Below, piece by piece: positions 24,876-37,366 of a stretch of DNA of 55,314 nt. The notes under the pieces were generated by a model. That model made no database searches. It had not been told where the DNA came from and saw nothing but the letters and a program-made list of their open reading frames with translations. The DNA comes from Gemmatimonadaceae bacterium (GTDB lineage Bacteria > Gemmatimonadota > Gemmatimonadetes > Gemmatimonadales > Gemmatimonadaceae). A program made the translations under genes and the position numbers. Within the stretch, counting starts at the first letter, position 1. Each line of letters begins with the position of its first letter. The DNA is taken from contig JALOPO010000001.1 of NCBI GenBank assembly GCA_025453855.1, forward strand, positions 1 to 55,314, in the 5' to 3' direction.

Positions 24876-25172
24876 ATGTCGTTCTCGGTGGAATGCCAGA
24901 TGACGCGTAAGGCTCGACGGTTACCCCACCGTCGCGCGCTGGCAAGTCGAGACGCTGCACCGCCAGCTGGCCGGGGACGGGCGGCGCTGACGCAAGGGGC
25001 CGCCGATTACCACGAGGCGTCCATAGCGGTGACCCGGCACCCGTATCGGGCGTGTGAGGCGCGCGGTGAGCTCCGTTGCTACCGATGCGGCGCGCCGGCC
25101 CGCTGGCGCCCGTGGGATGACGCGTGGGTCGCTGCGTGCGCCGAGCACGCGCCCGAGGATGACGTGACGTGA
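24876..25172 (+). CDS. Small hypothetical protein with a possible zinc-ribbon (CxxC ... CxxH)
   Basis: ORF only. Contains CEARGELRCYRCGAPARW...ACAEH. No RBS was checked. Confidence 0.25.
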   Translation: MSFSVECQMTRKARRLPHRRALASRDAAPPAGRGRAALTQGAADYHEASIAVTRHPYRACEARGELRCYRCGAPARWRPWDDAWVAACAEHAPEDDVT

Positions 25173-25215
25173 CGCTCGTCGCTGTGGCGACGACTCACGC
25201 CTGCGAGCCCCACGG

Positions 25216-25551
25216 TCAGGGCTCGGTCGCGACCTCGCGCGCGGGACCGTCTCGACGTATCGCCGCCCCCACGGTGAGCACGGCCGCAAAGGCGACCGGC
25301 TCGAACACCGTCCACTGGTACGGCAGCGCGAATAGGTGCGCGAGCGCCGCGGCGACGGAATGTGAACGGGAGATCCCTGCGTCGCACGCGACCACGAGGG
25401 CGCGGGCGTCCGCAACATATGCCGCCACGAAGGGAACGATCTGCGCCGCATCGGAGGCTGAGAGCGGGATGCCGTCGTGCGTCCACGCGAATCGCCTGGT
25501 GTCATCCGCTTCGAGGTGCAGTTCGGCGTGCCAGCCGGGGAGGAGCGGCAC
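25216..25551 (-). CDS. 111-aa protein with a CX5R phosphatase P-loop
   Basis: VVACDAGISRSHSVAAAL matches the C-X5-R(S/T) signature of Cys-based phosphatases. Confidence 0.45.
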   Translation of the reverse strand: MPLLPGWHAELHLEADDTRRFAWTHDGIPLSASDAAQIVPFVAAYVADARALVVACDAGISRSHSVAAALAHLFALPYQWTVFEPVAFAAVLTVGAAIRRDGPAREVATEP

Positions 25552-25586
25552 GGCCGCCGCCCCTCATCTCGCTCCGCCTGCCGGAT

Positions 25587-25742
25587 CTATCGTCGGAACG
25601 TCTCTTTCGTCACGCCCAGCTTAGGGGCGATGGCACGGATCGCCCCCCACTGCGACGGATACTGCCCAGCCTGCCCCTGCGCGAGCCGGATGGCCCGCTT
25701 CCGGACTTCAGGCGAGAACTCCCCACGCTTCGGTGTGCCCAT
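25587..25742 (-). pseudogene. IS3-family transposase OrfA fragment (51 codons)
   Basis: MGTPKRGEFSPEVRKRAIRLAQGQAGQYPSQWGAIRAIAPKLGVTKETFRR stops where IS3 OrfA proteins continue with W.. Confidence 0.6.
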
Positions 25743-26197
25743 GCCTCCAAACCTCCCACAGGTGGGAGTCTCCGGGAAACCCGGGGCGGTTCAGATTGTT
25801 GAAGCTCTGCAGGTTGCTGATCCGTAGGTGTAGTTCCACTCCCGATCCCTGCGGGACGGTTTGAGGCCGCGTGGGTTGAATCGTCCGTGAGCCCAGATGT
25901 GGGGTCAGGATGCCTGATGGCAGCCTCGCTCGTTGGTTCGTCATGAGCCCCGCTTCGCCGCGGCTAGGCTCGTCGGTTCATCAGATTGGGCTAAGCCTTC
26001 GATTACACCGCCCGAGAGAACTCATGTTCTCTCGGGCGCACGCTGCGGAGGGGCTGGAACAAGGGCAAATCGCACGAAACATGGTGCAACGAGTGTTCCA
26101 CATGAAACACTCTCCTCATGCTGCGCGCTTCTCCCTGATCGTGGCGCATGGAGCGACTGCGCACTCATCTCGCCAGAGCAACCCGGCGAACGACGCA

Positions 26198-26215
26198 AGT
26201 TGAGGCCTCAACTCG
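26198..26215. repeat. Palindrome AGTTGAGGCCTCAACTCG (copy 1)
   Basis: 16-nt perfect palindrome. It is 17/18 identical to 37568-37585. Confidence 0.6.
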
Positions 26216-26429
26216 GGTCCCGCGCTGTAACGTGGACGCGCAGTGCCTCCAGTTTGCCAGCTGGGAAGCAGTGCCTGCTCAGCGCCGCCTTGGTGCGCAT
26301 CCGCCAGTAGTAGATCACCTGCATCCGCACCGGCCCCGTCGCCGGCATGAGCCGCGCGGTGGTCGGCGAGAGGAGCGTCTGCTGGAGCGGCGACAGGATC
26401 TGCTCCGGGGTGAATCGACTCTTCCGCAT
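26208..26429 (-). pseudogene. Degraded IS3-family OrfA relic
   Basis: MRKSRFTPEQILSPLQQ is a canonical IS3/IS407 OrfA start. The HTH region is scrambled (..RMQVIYYWRMR..), which indicates decay. Confidence 0.55.
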
Positions 26430-26629
26430 GAGATCGCACCTGCCCGGCTCACCCGGGCGATTGATCCCACGATACGTCACGTCATCGCTTTGCGTGGGTC
26501 GCCCTGGCCCGGAAAATGGGGGTTGGCGCCGCAGGGCGCCATGCCCCGATTTCGAGCCAGCGCTCGCGCTACTGTTGCGATGCCGGCGCCTGAGGCCGCG
26601 GACATCGCCGCCAATGTGCGGCGGCGCGG

Positions 26630-27115
26630 TCACGGCGCCTCCTCCACATGCTGCAACCCCTCGGTCACGAGGCGACCGACGTGCACGTCGTCGAGGGCGT
26701 AGTACGCGATCTTGCCGGTCTTCCGGTAGCGCACCAGACGGAGGTGACGCAGCGTGCGCAGCGAGTGCGACACCGCCGACTCCGACACGCCGACCAGCGC
26801 GGCCAAATCGCAGACGCAGAGTTCGCCCACGCCCTCAGTCGCGAGCGCGATCACGATTTGCAGCCGCGTCGGATCGCCCAGCGCCTTGAGCGTGTCGGCG
26901 AGCGTCCGGACGGTGGCGTCGTCCGGCAGCGCCTGCCGAGCTCGCTCGACCCGGACGAAGTCGACGCACGCCACCTCGCACAGACTCGCGGCGGTCGCAG
27001 GTAACGGTCGCCCTACGGGCTGCGACCGGCCGCTCCCCGCACGGGTACCCCGGACGCGGCTTGCCGTACCGGTACTGGATTGCGGACCTGTGGCTGGCAC
27101 TCTAGGTTCCTCCAA
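26630..27115 (-). CDS. ArsR/SmtB-family metalloregulator (start uncertain)
   Basis: LGDPTRLQIVIALATEGVGELCVCDLAALVGVSESAVSHSLRTLRHLRLV has the ELCVCDL alpha-3 metal site and the wHTH. The annotated start is a TTG. Confidence 0.75.
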   Translation of the reverse strand: MEEPRVPATGPQSSTGTASRVRGTRAGSGRSQPVGRPLPATAASLCEVACVDFVRVERARQALPDDATVRTLADTLKALGDPTRLQIVIALATEGVGELCVCDLAALVGVSESAVSHSLRTLRHLRLVRYRKTGKIAYYALDDVHVGRLVTEGLQHVEEAP

Positions 27116-27306
27116 CGTCTGAGCAGTCGTTCAGGCATCTGCTCGTATCGTAGGCGCCAACCTCCTCGCTCGCCACCGTCGCGATGGCCGTGTTCCCCTC
27201 CCTCGACCGTTTCGACCGTGCCCGGGAATCCGTGCGCCGAGTCGCCGTGCGCGGAGTCGCGCGTACGGGTGGGGAGGCGCAGGGCTGCGCGCTGGAGGCG
27301 GGCACC

Positions 27307-27792
27307 ATGGTGGGCGGCGTTCGCCGCGGTGTCCTCGGGGCGTTCGTGCGCTCTGGGGTGCGTCGGGTGGCGGCGCTCCTGGTGCTCGCGCTGCTGGCGG
27401 TGTCGCACGTGGAGGCACTCGTCGCCGACGTGCACGACGGCGACGCGACGCATGCCGAGTTGGTGCAGGCCGACGGCGCGGCCCGTCACGGCGCCGCGCA
27501 CGGCACCGGGCACCACGACGACGCTTCGCACGCGCGCGCCTCAGGCGAAAGTGCCACCGCGGACGTCTTGGACGTCGCGGTCACCGACGAGGTCGCAGGG
27601 CACGGGCACGTGCCCGGGCACCCGTACCACGCGTGCCACCACACCCATGCCCATGCGGACGCCGCCTGGTATGCCGCTGTGCGGCCGCTATCCGTCGCGC
27701 TGGTCGCCGTGCGCACGCCGACGTCCGCAGCTCGCGCGCAGGCGCCCCGAAACCGTGCGACCGAGCCGGAGATCCGGCCCCCCATCGCCTGA
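27307..27792 (+). CDS. Secreted His-rich protein preceding czcCBA
   Basis: Signal-like VRRVAALLVLALLAVSHVEA. His clusters HGAAHGTGHHDDASH and GHGHVPGHPYHACHHTHAH. Confidence 0.5.
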   Translation: MVGGVRRGVLGAFVRSGVRRVAALLVLALLAVSHVEALVADVHDGDATHAELVQADGAARHGAAHGTGHHDDASHARASGESATADVLDVAVTDEVAGHGHVPGHPYHACHHTHAHADAAWYAAVRPLSVALVAVRTPTSAARAQAPRNRATEPEIRPPIA

Positions 27793-28114
27793 GTCTCGCG
27801 CGCGGCGCTGACGTGCGGCCACTGTAGCCGTAGATGTCATGCGGCAGCTCCCTGGCACCGACCGGCACCGGCCGTCGGACGCCGGAGCGCCTGTCACCGC
27901 CGCGCACCCGTTCGACCTCGGCTGAGGTGTTCGCCAGTCGGCGATCCCCCGAGGCGGGCGGCCCCGCACCGTCCACGACTCGACCGCGTCGACGCTCCGC
28001 CGCCTGTGGCAGCGTCGGCCGCGGGTCCCCGTCACCCGTGGTGCCGCCGGCACACGTGGCGAGGGGCGTGGGCGCCGTTGGCGGGTGGACTCAGGCTCAA
28101 GGAGAGATCCGCTC

Positions 28115-29644
28115 GTGCTTCCCGTTGTCGCGCCCGCGTCGGCGCCTCTTGGCGCCCCCTGGCGCCCTCTCACGCGATGCCCCCTCCCTCGGGCGACGGT
28201 CGTGGTAGCCGTGGCCGTGGGGCTGGTCGGCCGACCGGCTGGCGCCCAGACACCTGCGGACTGCCCTACGGGGGCAGCGTCTGCCGGCATCGCGGCCGAC
28301 AGCGTGACGCTGTCACTCGCGGATGTGCGACGGCTCGTCTTCGAGAAGAACCTGTCGCTTCAGGCCGCGCGCCAGGAATCGGCCATCGCGCAGGGCGCCC
28401 TTCGCCAGGCACGGCTGTACCAGTTCAATCCTGATCTATCGCTGACGGCCGTCGACGCGGAGGCGGGCCAGTTGGGTGGCACGCCGCAGGTTGCGCTCAC
28501 GCAGGAGATCGAGTTCGCCGGGCAGCGCGGGCTCCGCATCGGTGCGGCACGCGTCGGCGTACAGCGGGCGGCGTTCTCGGTACAGAATGCCGCCCGCCTG
28601 ACCGTCGCGGAGGCGAGCAGCGCATTCTTACGAGCGGTCGCGGCCGAACGGCGCCTCGGTGTGGCGCAGTCGATCTTCGCGCTCAACGAGCGCCTGCTGA
28701 ACGCCGTGCGCATCCAGCTCAGCGCGGGTGAGATCAGTGCGCTCGACGCCAACCTGGCCGAGGTCGAGTTCGGCCGGTCGCGTGCCCGCGTGCTGGCGGA
28801 GCGCCGGGCCGCCACGGGCGCCCGGCTCGAGCTGCAGCGGCTCGTGGGCGTGGACCCCGCCGTACCCGTGCGCTTGGTGGACGACGGGCAGCCGCTGCTC
28901 GCGAGCCTCGCCGCCCCAGCGGTCGTCGCAGCAACGACCCGAGGAGTCGTCACCACGATGCCGGTTCCCGCGCGAGCGTCCGGCGCGGACACCGCCGCCT
29001 TCGATACGGACGCGCTCGTGCGGATCGCGCTCGAGCGTCGACCCGACCTCGCCGTCAACGCCGCGACGGTCGCCGAGGCCAGCGCGCTCGCGGCGGTCGC
29101 CGGCCGCGAGCGCGTGCCCAACCTTCGGCTCGGCGTCATCACCGGAAGCGGGAGCCGCGGCATCGGCGGGGTCGGCGGCGCCATCGCAGGCGGCCTCGGG
29201 CCGGTGGTCGGGCTCACGCTACCGATCTTCAACCGCAACCAGGGCGTGCTCGCGCAGCGCCGCGCCCAGGTCGAGCAGGCGCGGCTGGAGCGCGAGGCCA
29301 CGGCGTTGCGGGTGCGCACCGAGGTGATCGCGGCGGCGCGCGCCTACCGCACGGCGAGCGAGGAGGCATCGGTGTTCGAGGTGTCGGTGCTCCAGCCGGC
29401 GCGGGCCAACAGCGCCCTGCTCGACACGGCATTCCAGGCGGGCAAGATCGCGCTGCCCACGCTCTTGCTGCTCCGCAACCAGCTGCTCGATGCGGAGCTG
29501 GGCTACTACGACACGTGGCTGGCCCAGCGCGAGGCGCTGGTGCAGCTCGCCGCCGCGACCGGGGGCCTCACGCAAACCGGCGCCGGTGGGCGTGAGACCA
29601 CCTCCCTCGACACGACAAGGACTCCGACAAGGACCGCGCGATGA
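28115..29644 (+). CDS. czcC: Outer-membrane efflux factor (TolC/CzcC family)
   Basis: OEP repeats such as LSLADVRRLVFEKNLSLQAARQE.. and LLDAELGYYD... The GTG at 28115 has AAGGAGAG upstream. Confidence 0.8.
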   Translation: MLPVVAPASAPLGAPWRPLTRCPLPRATVVVAVAVGLVGRPAGAQTPADCPTGAASAGIAADSVTLSLADVRRLVFEKNLSLQAARQESAIAQGALRQARLYQFNPDLSLTAVDAEAGQLGGTPQVALTQEIEFAGQRGLRIGAARVGVQRAAFSVQNAARLTVAEASSAFLRAVAAERRLGVAQSIFALNERLLNAVRIQLSAGEISALDANLAEVEFGRSRARVLAERRAATGARLELQRLVGVDPAVPVRLVDDGQPLLASLAAPAVVAATTRGVVTTMPVPARASGADTAAFDTDALVRIALERRPDLAVNAATVAEASALAAVAGRERVPNLRLGVITGSGSRGIGGVGGAIAGGLGPVVGLTLPIFNRNQGVLAQRRAQVEQARLEREATALRVRTEVIAAARAYRTASEEASVFEVSVLQPARANSALLDTAFQAGKIALPTLLLLRNQLLDAELGYYDTWLAQREALVQLAAATGGLTQTGAGGRETTSLDTTRTPTRTAR

Positions 29645-30960
29645 TTCCGAAGTCCACACCCGCCTGGCCGACGACTCGTTCGCAGGGCACCGAAATGCGG
29701 CGCGCCGATGTGTGTCGCAGCCATCATGGCTGGCGGCCCGCTGCAGCGCTCACGGTGATCGCTCGGGTCCTGACCGGTGGGCTGCTCCTATCCGTGCTCG
29801 GTGCCTGCAGTCGCGGCGACGCTGACACGACGAGGGACGCGACGCCCGAATCGGCGTCGGCCAGGAAGGCGTCGGCCGCGCGCCCCACGGCGGACAGTGC
29901 CGCCGGCGGCCACAGCGCCGAGATCGTCACGCTCGACAGCGCGGCCGTCCGGCTCGGTGGCATCCAGGTCGACGCGGTGACCACGATCACGTCGACCGGC
30001 CTCCCGGTGACCGGCAGCATCACCTACGACCCGAACCGCGTCAGTCACGTGGGGCCGCGGACCGACGGGCGCGTCCTCACGCTGCGCGCCAACCTCGGGG
30101 ACCGCGTGAGCCGCGGGGAGGTGCTCGCAGTGCTCGAGAGCCCCGAGGTGGGGCAGCTCCGGGCCGAGGAGCGGGAGGCCGAGGAGCTCGTGCGCATCGC
30201 GCGCGAGAACTACGCGCGCGAGCAGGGGCTCGCCCGGCAGGGCATCTCGAGTCGGAAGGAGCTGCTCGACGCCGAGGCCGAGCTGCGCCGCAACCAGGCC
30301 GCCCTGCGGAGCGCGGAGTCCCGGCTCGACGTGCTCGGCGCCGAGCACGATCACAGCCAGGGCGGGCGCTTCTCGCTGACCGCGCCGTTCGCTGGGTCGG
30401 TGGTCGCGCGCGATGCGAGCCCCGGAGGCATGGCGACGCCCGCCGACACGCTGTTCACTGTGGCCGACCTGTCGCGCGTGGCCATCGAACTCGACGTGTT
30501 CGAGCGCGACCTCGCGCGCGTGCGCCGCGGGCAGCCCGTCGCGGTGACCGTGACCGCATATCCGGGCCGCACCTTCCAGGGGCGGGTCGCCTACCTGGGC
30601 GAGGTGCTCGACCCGCAGAACCGCACCGTCGAGGCGCGCGTCGAGATCCCGAACCCCGACGGGGCGCTCAAGCCCGGCATGTTCGCCACGGCGCGCATCC
30701 AGGTGGGAGGCGGCGGGCCCGCGCTCGTGGTCGTACCGCAGGACGCCCTGCAGGACGTCGGGGGGCGCCGCGTCGTGTTCGTGCCCGGCGTGCGCCCGGG
30801 CGAGTTCCGGCCGACACCGGTCGAGGTCGGGGAGTCGCTCGACGGCGGGCGCGTGGTGATCCGCGCGGGCCTCGCGCCCGGCGCCCGCGTGGTGGTGGCC
30901 GGCGCGTTCGCGCTCCGGTCCGAGCTCGCCAGGGCCGAGCTGTCCGAGGCTGAGCACTAG
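29641..30960 (+). CDS. czcB: RND periplasmic adaptor (CzcB/HlyD family)
   Basis: The ATG overlaps the czcC stop (ATGA). Contains lipoyl and beta-barrel motifs GRVLTLRANLGDRVSRGEVLAVLESPEV. Confidence 0.85.
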   Translation: MIPKSTPAWPTTRSQGTEMRRADVCRSHHGWRPAAALTVIARVLTGGLLLSVLGACSRGDADTTRDATPESASARKASAARPTADSAAGGHSAEIVTLDSAAVRLGGIQVDAVTTITSTGLPVTGSITYDPNRVSHVGPRTDGRVLTLRANLGDRVSRGEVLAVLESPEVGQLRAEEREAEELVRIARENYAREQGLARQGISSRKELLDAEAELRRNQAALRSAESRLDVLGAEHDHSQGGRFSLTAPFAGSVVARDASPGGMATPADTLFTVADLSRVAIELDVFERDLARVRRGQPVAVTVTAYPGRTFQGRVAYLGEVLDPQNRTVEARVEIPNPDGALKPGMFATARIQVGGGGPALVVVPQDALQDVGGRRVVFVPGVRPGEFRPTPVEVGESLDGGRVVIRAGLAPGARVVVAGAFALRSELARAELSEAEH

Positions 30961-30977
30961 GCCGGGGGACCACACTC

Positions 30978-34145
<3,168 letters not shown>

Positions 34146-34234
34146 GCGCCTCGGTGCTGCGTGCCGCACCCGCCGGTCGCTTGACCGGCGCGGTGCGCAC
34201 CACGCGGTGGGGCGACGGCGTCCGAGGCACACCC

Positions 34235-34621
34235 ATGCACGACACCTGTCCAACATCCGGCGGTGCCGGAAGGCGTTCGACCTGCGGCGGCTGCAAGGGG
34301 TGGACGGCGCGCATGCGTTCGCACGGCTTCCGGGTGACCGAAGTCGAGCATGAGGACCTCACGACCGTGATGTCGCAGGCCGGGGTGCCGTTGCTCCTGG
34401 ACGCGTGCCAGATCGCGCGCGTGGGCGCCTACGTGGTCGAGGGGCACGTGCCGGCGCCGGACGTGCGCCGGCTCCTCACCGAGCGGCCCACGATGACCGG
34501 GAGCGCCGCGCCGGGCATGCCGATGGGGTGGCCGGGCATGGAGGGGCCGTACCCGCCCGACCGCTACAACGTCCGGGCGCTCGACCGCGGCGGCGGCGGG
34601 CGCGTGTTCGCCGAACACTGA
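34235..34621 (+). CDS. DUF411 (CopG-like) metal-binding protein, variant motifs; start uncertain (GTG at 34142 possible)
   Basis: VEGHVPAPDVRRLLTERP and PGMPMGWPGMEG are family hallmarks. It has CGGC and DACQ where I recall CxCC and SCHT. Confidence 0.65.
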   Translation: MHDTCPTSGGAGRRSTCGGCKGWTARMRSHGFRVTEVEHEDLTTVMSQAGVPLLLDACQIARVGAYVVEGHVPAPDVRRLLTERPTMTGSAAPGMPMGWPGMEGPYPPDRYNVRALDRGGGGRVFAEH

Positions 34622-34672
34622 CGCCTCGCCCCGGCGCCGCTCCGGCGCCCTTCCTCCCTCATCCACGCGGCC

Positions 34673-37366
34673 ATGGAACGCACGACGGAAGACACGACCG
34701 AACGCATGACGGAACGCACGACCCGACTCGACCTTCCCCTCCTCCTGCCCGAGGTGGGGGACGCGCAGGACGCGTGCGTCGACCGCCTGGTGCGCCTGCT
34801 CGAGCGGCGCGCGGGCGTGGCGCGCGTGCACGTGCTGCGGGCGGGCGAGCAGGAGCCTGGCGGACCGGCGCCGTCCGCGGCGCCGCAGCTCTGCCTGCAC
34901 TATGACCCGGAGCGCCTGTCGCTGGCGCGCGTGACCGAGCTCGCGCGCACGGTCGGTGCGGAGGTCACGGACCAGTTCGGGCACGTCGTGCTCGGCTTCC
35001 GCGCGGTCGGAACCGAGGATGACGGGCGGCGCATCGAGGAGCGTTTGCGGGCGCTGCCCGGCGTGACGTCGGCCACCGTCAACTACGCGGCCCAGATGGC
35101 GCGTGTCGAGTTCGACCGTGGGCTGATCTCGCGCGACGGCGTCGAACGTGCGCTGGCCGACGTCGCGGGCGCACCGGCCGAGGATGCGCTCACGGCGGAC
35201 ATCGCCGCGGGGCGGGCGCGGGCGAACGGCGACACCGTACGTGGCGGCGCGAACACCCGCGCGCCGCGCGGCGGCGAGGTCGTCACGGAGGTCGTGACGG
35301 CGCGCACCGCTGGCGGCGCCACCGGCGCCGGCGGGGGCGAGGACCACGCGGACGACGAGGCACCTGCTGGCGCGTCGTGGTACCGCCGCAACCGCGAGCT
35401 CGCGTGGAGCCTGATCTCGGGCGCGCTCCTGCTCGCCGGCTGGCTGGTGGAGCGCGCGCAAGGCGTGGGCCCCGTCGCGATCGCGATCTTCGTCCTGGCG
35501 TACGTGTTCGGGGCGCGCGACAACGTCGGCCACTTCGTCAAGGACCTGCGCCAGGGACACGTCCACTTCAACATCGACCTGCTGATGGTGGTCGCCGCGC
35601 TCGGCGCGGCGGCACTCGGCGAGTGGGCCGAGGGCGCGCTCCTGCTCTTCCTCTTCAGCCTCGGGCACGCGCTCGAGCACTACGCGCTCGGCCGCGCGCG
35701 CAACGCGATCAAGGCGCTCGCCGAACTCGCGCCGTCGCGAGCGACCGTGCTGCGCGGGGAGGGTGGGGTGCGCCGGGAGGAGGAAGTGCCCATCGAGGCC
35801 GTGCGTCCCGGCGACTTGGTGGTGGTCAGACCCGCCGAGCGGCTGCCCGTCGACGGCACTGTCGCGGAGGGACGATCGGCGGTGAACCAGGCCCCGATCA
35901 CCGGCGAGAGCGTGCCCGTGGACAAGGCGCCGGGCGAGGCGGTGTTCGCGGGCTCGGTCAACGGCGAGGGCGCCCTCGTGGTCACGGTGACCACGGCCGT
36001 GGGCGACCGCACGCTCGACCGCGTGGTCAAGCTGGTGGCCGAGGCGCAGACGCAGAAGGCGCCGACGCAGCAGTTCACCGACCGGTTCGAGCGCGTGTTC
36101 GTGCCGACCGTGCTCGTCGGGACCGCCCTGCTCATCCTGGCGCCGCCGCTCTTCGGCGTGTGGGAGTGGCGGGTCGCGTTCTACCGAGCGATGACGCTGC
36201 TCGTCGCCGCCTCGCCTTGCGCCCTCGCGCTCGGCACGCCGGCGGCGGTGCTCGCCGGGATCGCGCAGGCGGCGCGCAACGGGGTGCTCATCAAGGGCGG
36301 CGCCCACCTCGAGACGCTCGGCGCGATCGACGTGCTCGCCCTCGACAAGACGGGCACGATCACCGTGGGCGAGCCATCCGTGACCGACGTGGTGCCGGCC
36401 GCCGGCGTGGATGACAACACCCTGCTCGCCATCGCAGCGGCCGTGGAGCGCCGCTCGCAGCACCCGCTCGCCAAGGCGGTCGTGCGGGCGGCTGAGCAGC
36501 GCGCGCTCCAGGTGCCGGAGGCCGGCGAGCTCGAGTCGGTCACCGGCAAGGGCGTGCGTGCGCGCGTGGGGGATGGCGTGGTGGAGATCGGACGCCTGCT
36601 GATGTTCGAGGGCGCACTCGAGGGCGCATTTGGCGGCGCGTCCGGGAACGAAGGGGCCATCGGGACCGGTGCCGCCGTGCCACCGGCCGTGCGCGACGCC
36701 GTCGCACGGCTCGAGCAGAACGGGCGCAGCACCATGGTGGTGCGCCGGCGCCTCGATCGCCCCAGGGGCGCCGACGCGCCCGAGTGGCTCGGCGTCCTGG
36801 GCTTGGCCGACGAGCCGCGCGCCGACGTGGGGAAGACGCTCGACGCGCTCCGCGCCGCGGGCGTGCGGCGAATCGAGATGCTCACCGGCGACAACGCCGG
36901 CGTGGGCAACGCGGTCGGGCGCGTGGTCGGGGTGGACGCGGTGCGCGCGGGGCTGCTCCCTGAGGACAAGGTCACCGCGATCCGCGAGTTGGCCGCGCAG
37001 GGGCAGGTGGCGATGGTGGGCGACGGCGTGAACGACGCGCCCGCGCTGGCCAACGCCACGGTGGGCATCGCGATGGGCGGCGCCGGCACGGCGGCCGCGC
37101 TCGAGACGGCGGACGTCGCGCTCATGGGCGACGACCTCGGGCGACTGCCGTTCGCCATTGGGCTGAGCCGCCAGGCACGCCGCGTGATCCGGCAGAACCT
37201 GTACGTCTCGCTCGGCGTGATCGCGCTGCTCATCGTGGCCTCGGTGACGGGCCTCGTGGGTATCGGCCCCGCGGTCATCGTGCACGAGGGCAGCACGCTC
37301 GTGGTCATCGCCAACGCGCTCCGGCTGCTCGCGTACCGGGGCGGCGACGGGCCCCTCAGGCGGTGA
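34673..37366 (+). CDS. P1B-type heavy-metal ATPase with SPC and HEGST motifs (P1B-4-like, Co/Zn/Cd class)
   Basis: ASPCALALGTP, DKTGTIT, HEGSTLVVIANALRLL and GDGVNDAPAL. The N-terminus has two ferredoxin-like HMA folds without CxxC. Confidence 0.85.
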   Translation: MERTTEDTTERMTERTTRLDLPLLLPEVGDAQDACVDRLVRLLERRAGVARVHVLRAGEQEPGGPAPSAAPQLCLHYDPERLSLARVTELARTVGAEVTDQFGHVVLGFRAVGTEDDGRRIEERLRALPGVTSATVNYAAQMARVEFDRGLISRDGVERALADVAGAPAEDALTADIAAGRARANGDTVRGGANTRAPRGGEVVTEVVTARTAGGATGAGGGEDHADDEAPAGASWYRRNRELAWSLISGALLLAGWLVERAQGVGPVAIAIFVLAYVFGARDNVGHFVKDLRQGHVHFNIDLLMVVAALGAAALGEWAEGALLLFLFSLGHALEHYALGRARNAIKALAELAPSRATVLRGEGGVRREEEVPIEAVRPGDLVVVRPAERLPVDGTVAEGRSAVNQAPITGESVPVDKAPGEAVFAGSVNGEGALVVTVTTAVGDRTLDRVVKLVAEAQTQKAPTQQFTDRFERVFVPTVLVGTALLILAPPLFGVWEWRVAFYRAMTLLVAASPCALALGTPAAVLAGIAQAARNGVLIKGGAHLETLGAIDVLALDKTGTITVGEPSVTDVVPAAGVDDNTLLAIAAAVERRSQHPLAKAVVRAAEQRALQVPEAGELESVTGKGVRARVGDGVVEIGRLLMFEGALEGAFGGASGNEGAIGTGAAVPPAVRDAVARLEQNGRSTMVVRRRLDRPRGADAPEWLGVLGLADEPRADVGKTLDALRAAGVRRIEMLTGDNAGVGNAVGRVVGVDAVRAGLLPEDKVTAIRELAAQGQVAMVGDGVNDAPALANATVGIAMGGAGTAAALETADVALMGDDLGRLPFAIGLSRQARRVIRQNLYVSLGVIALLIVASVTGLVGIGPAVIVHEGSTLVVIANALRLLAYRGGDGPLRR

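Noticed and set aside
26050-26087. GGGGCTGGAACAAGGGCAAATCGCACGAAACATGGTGC looks superficially like a Tn3-family 38-bp terminal inverted repeat (GGGG...ACGAAA)
   Set aside because: It has no ...ACGCTAAG-type inner end, no partner repeat, and no tnpA/tnpR nearby. The similarity is limited to a few bases.
25708-26310. ORFs 25708..25944 (-), 25910..26203 (+) and 25933..26310 (+) in the low-GC scar
   Set aside because: They mutually overlap, have no recognisable motifs or RBS, and have atypical composition. They are probably non-coding remnants.
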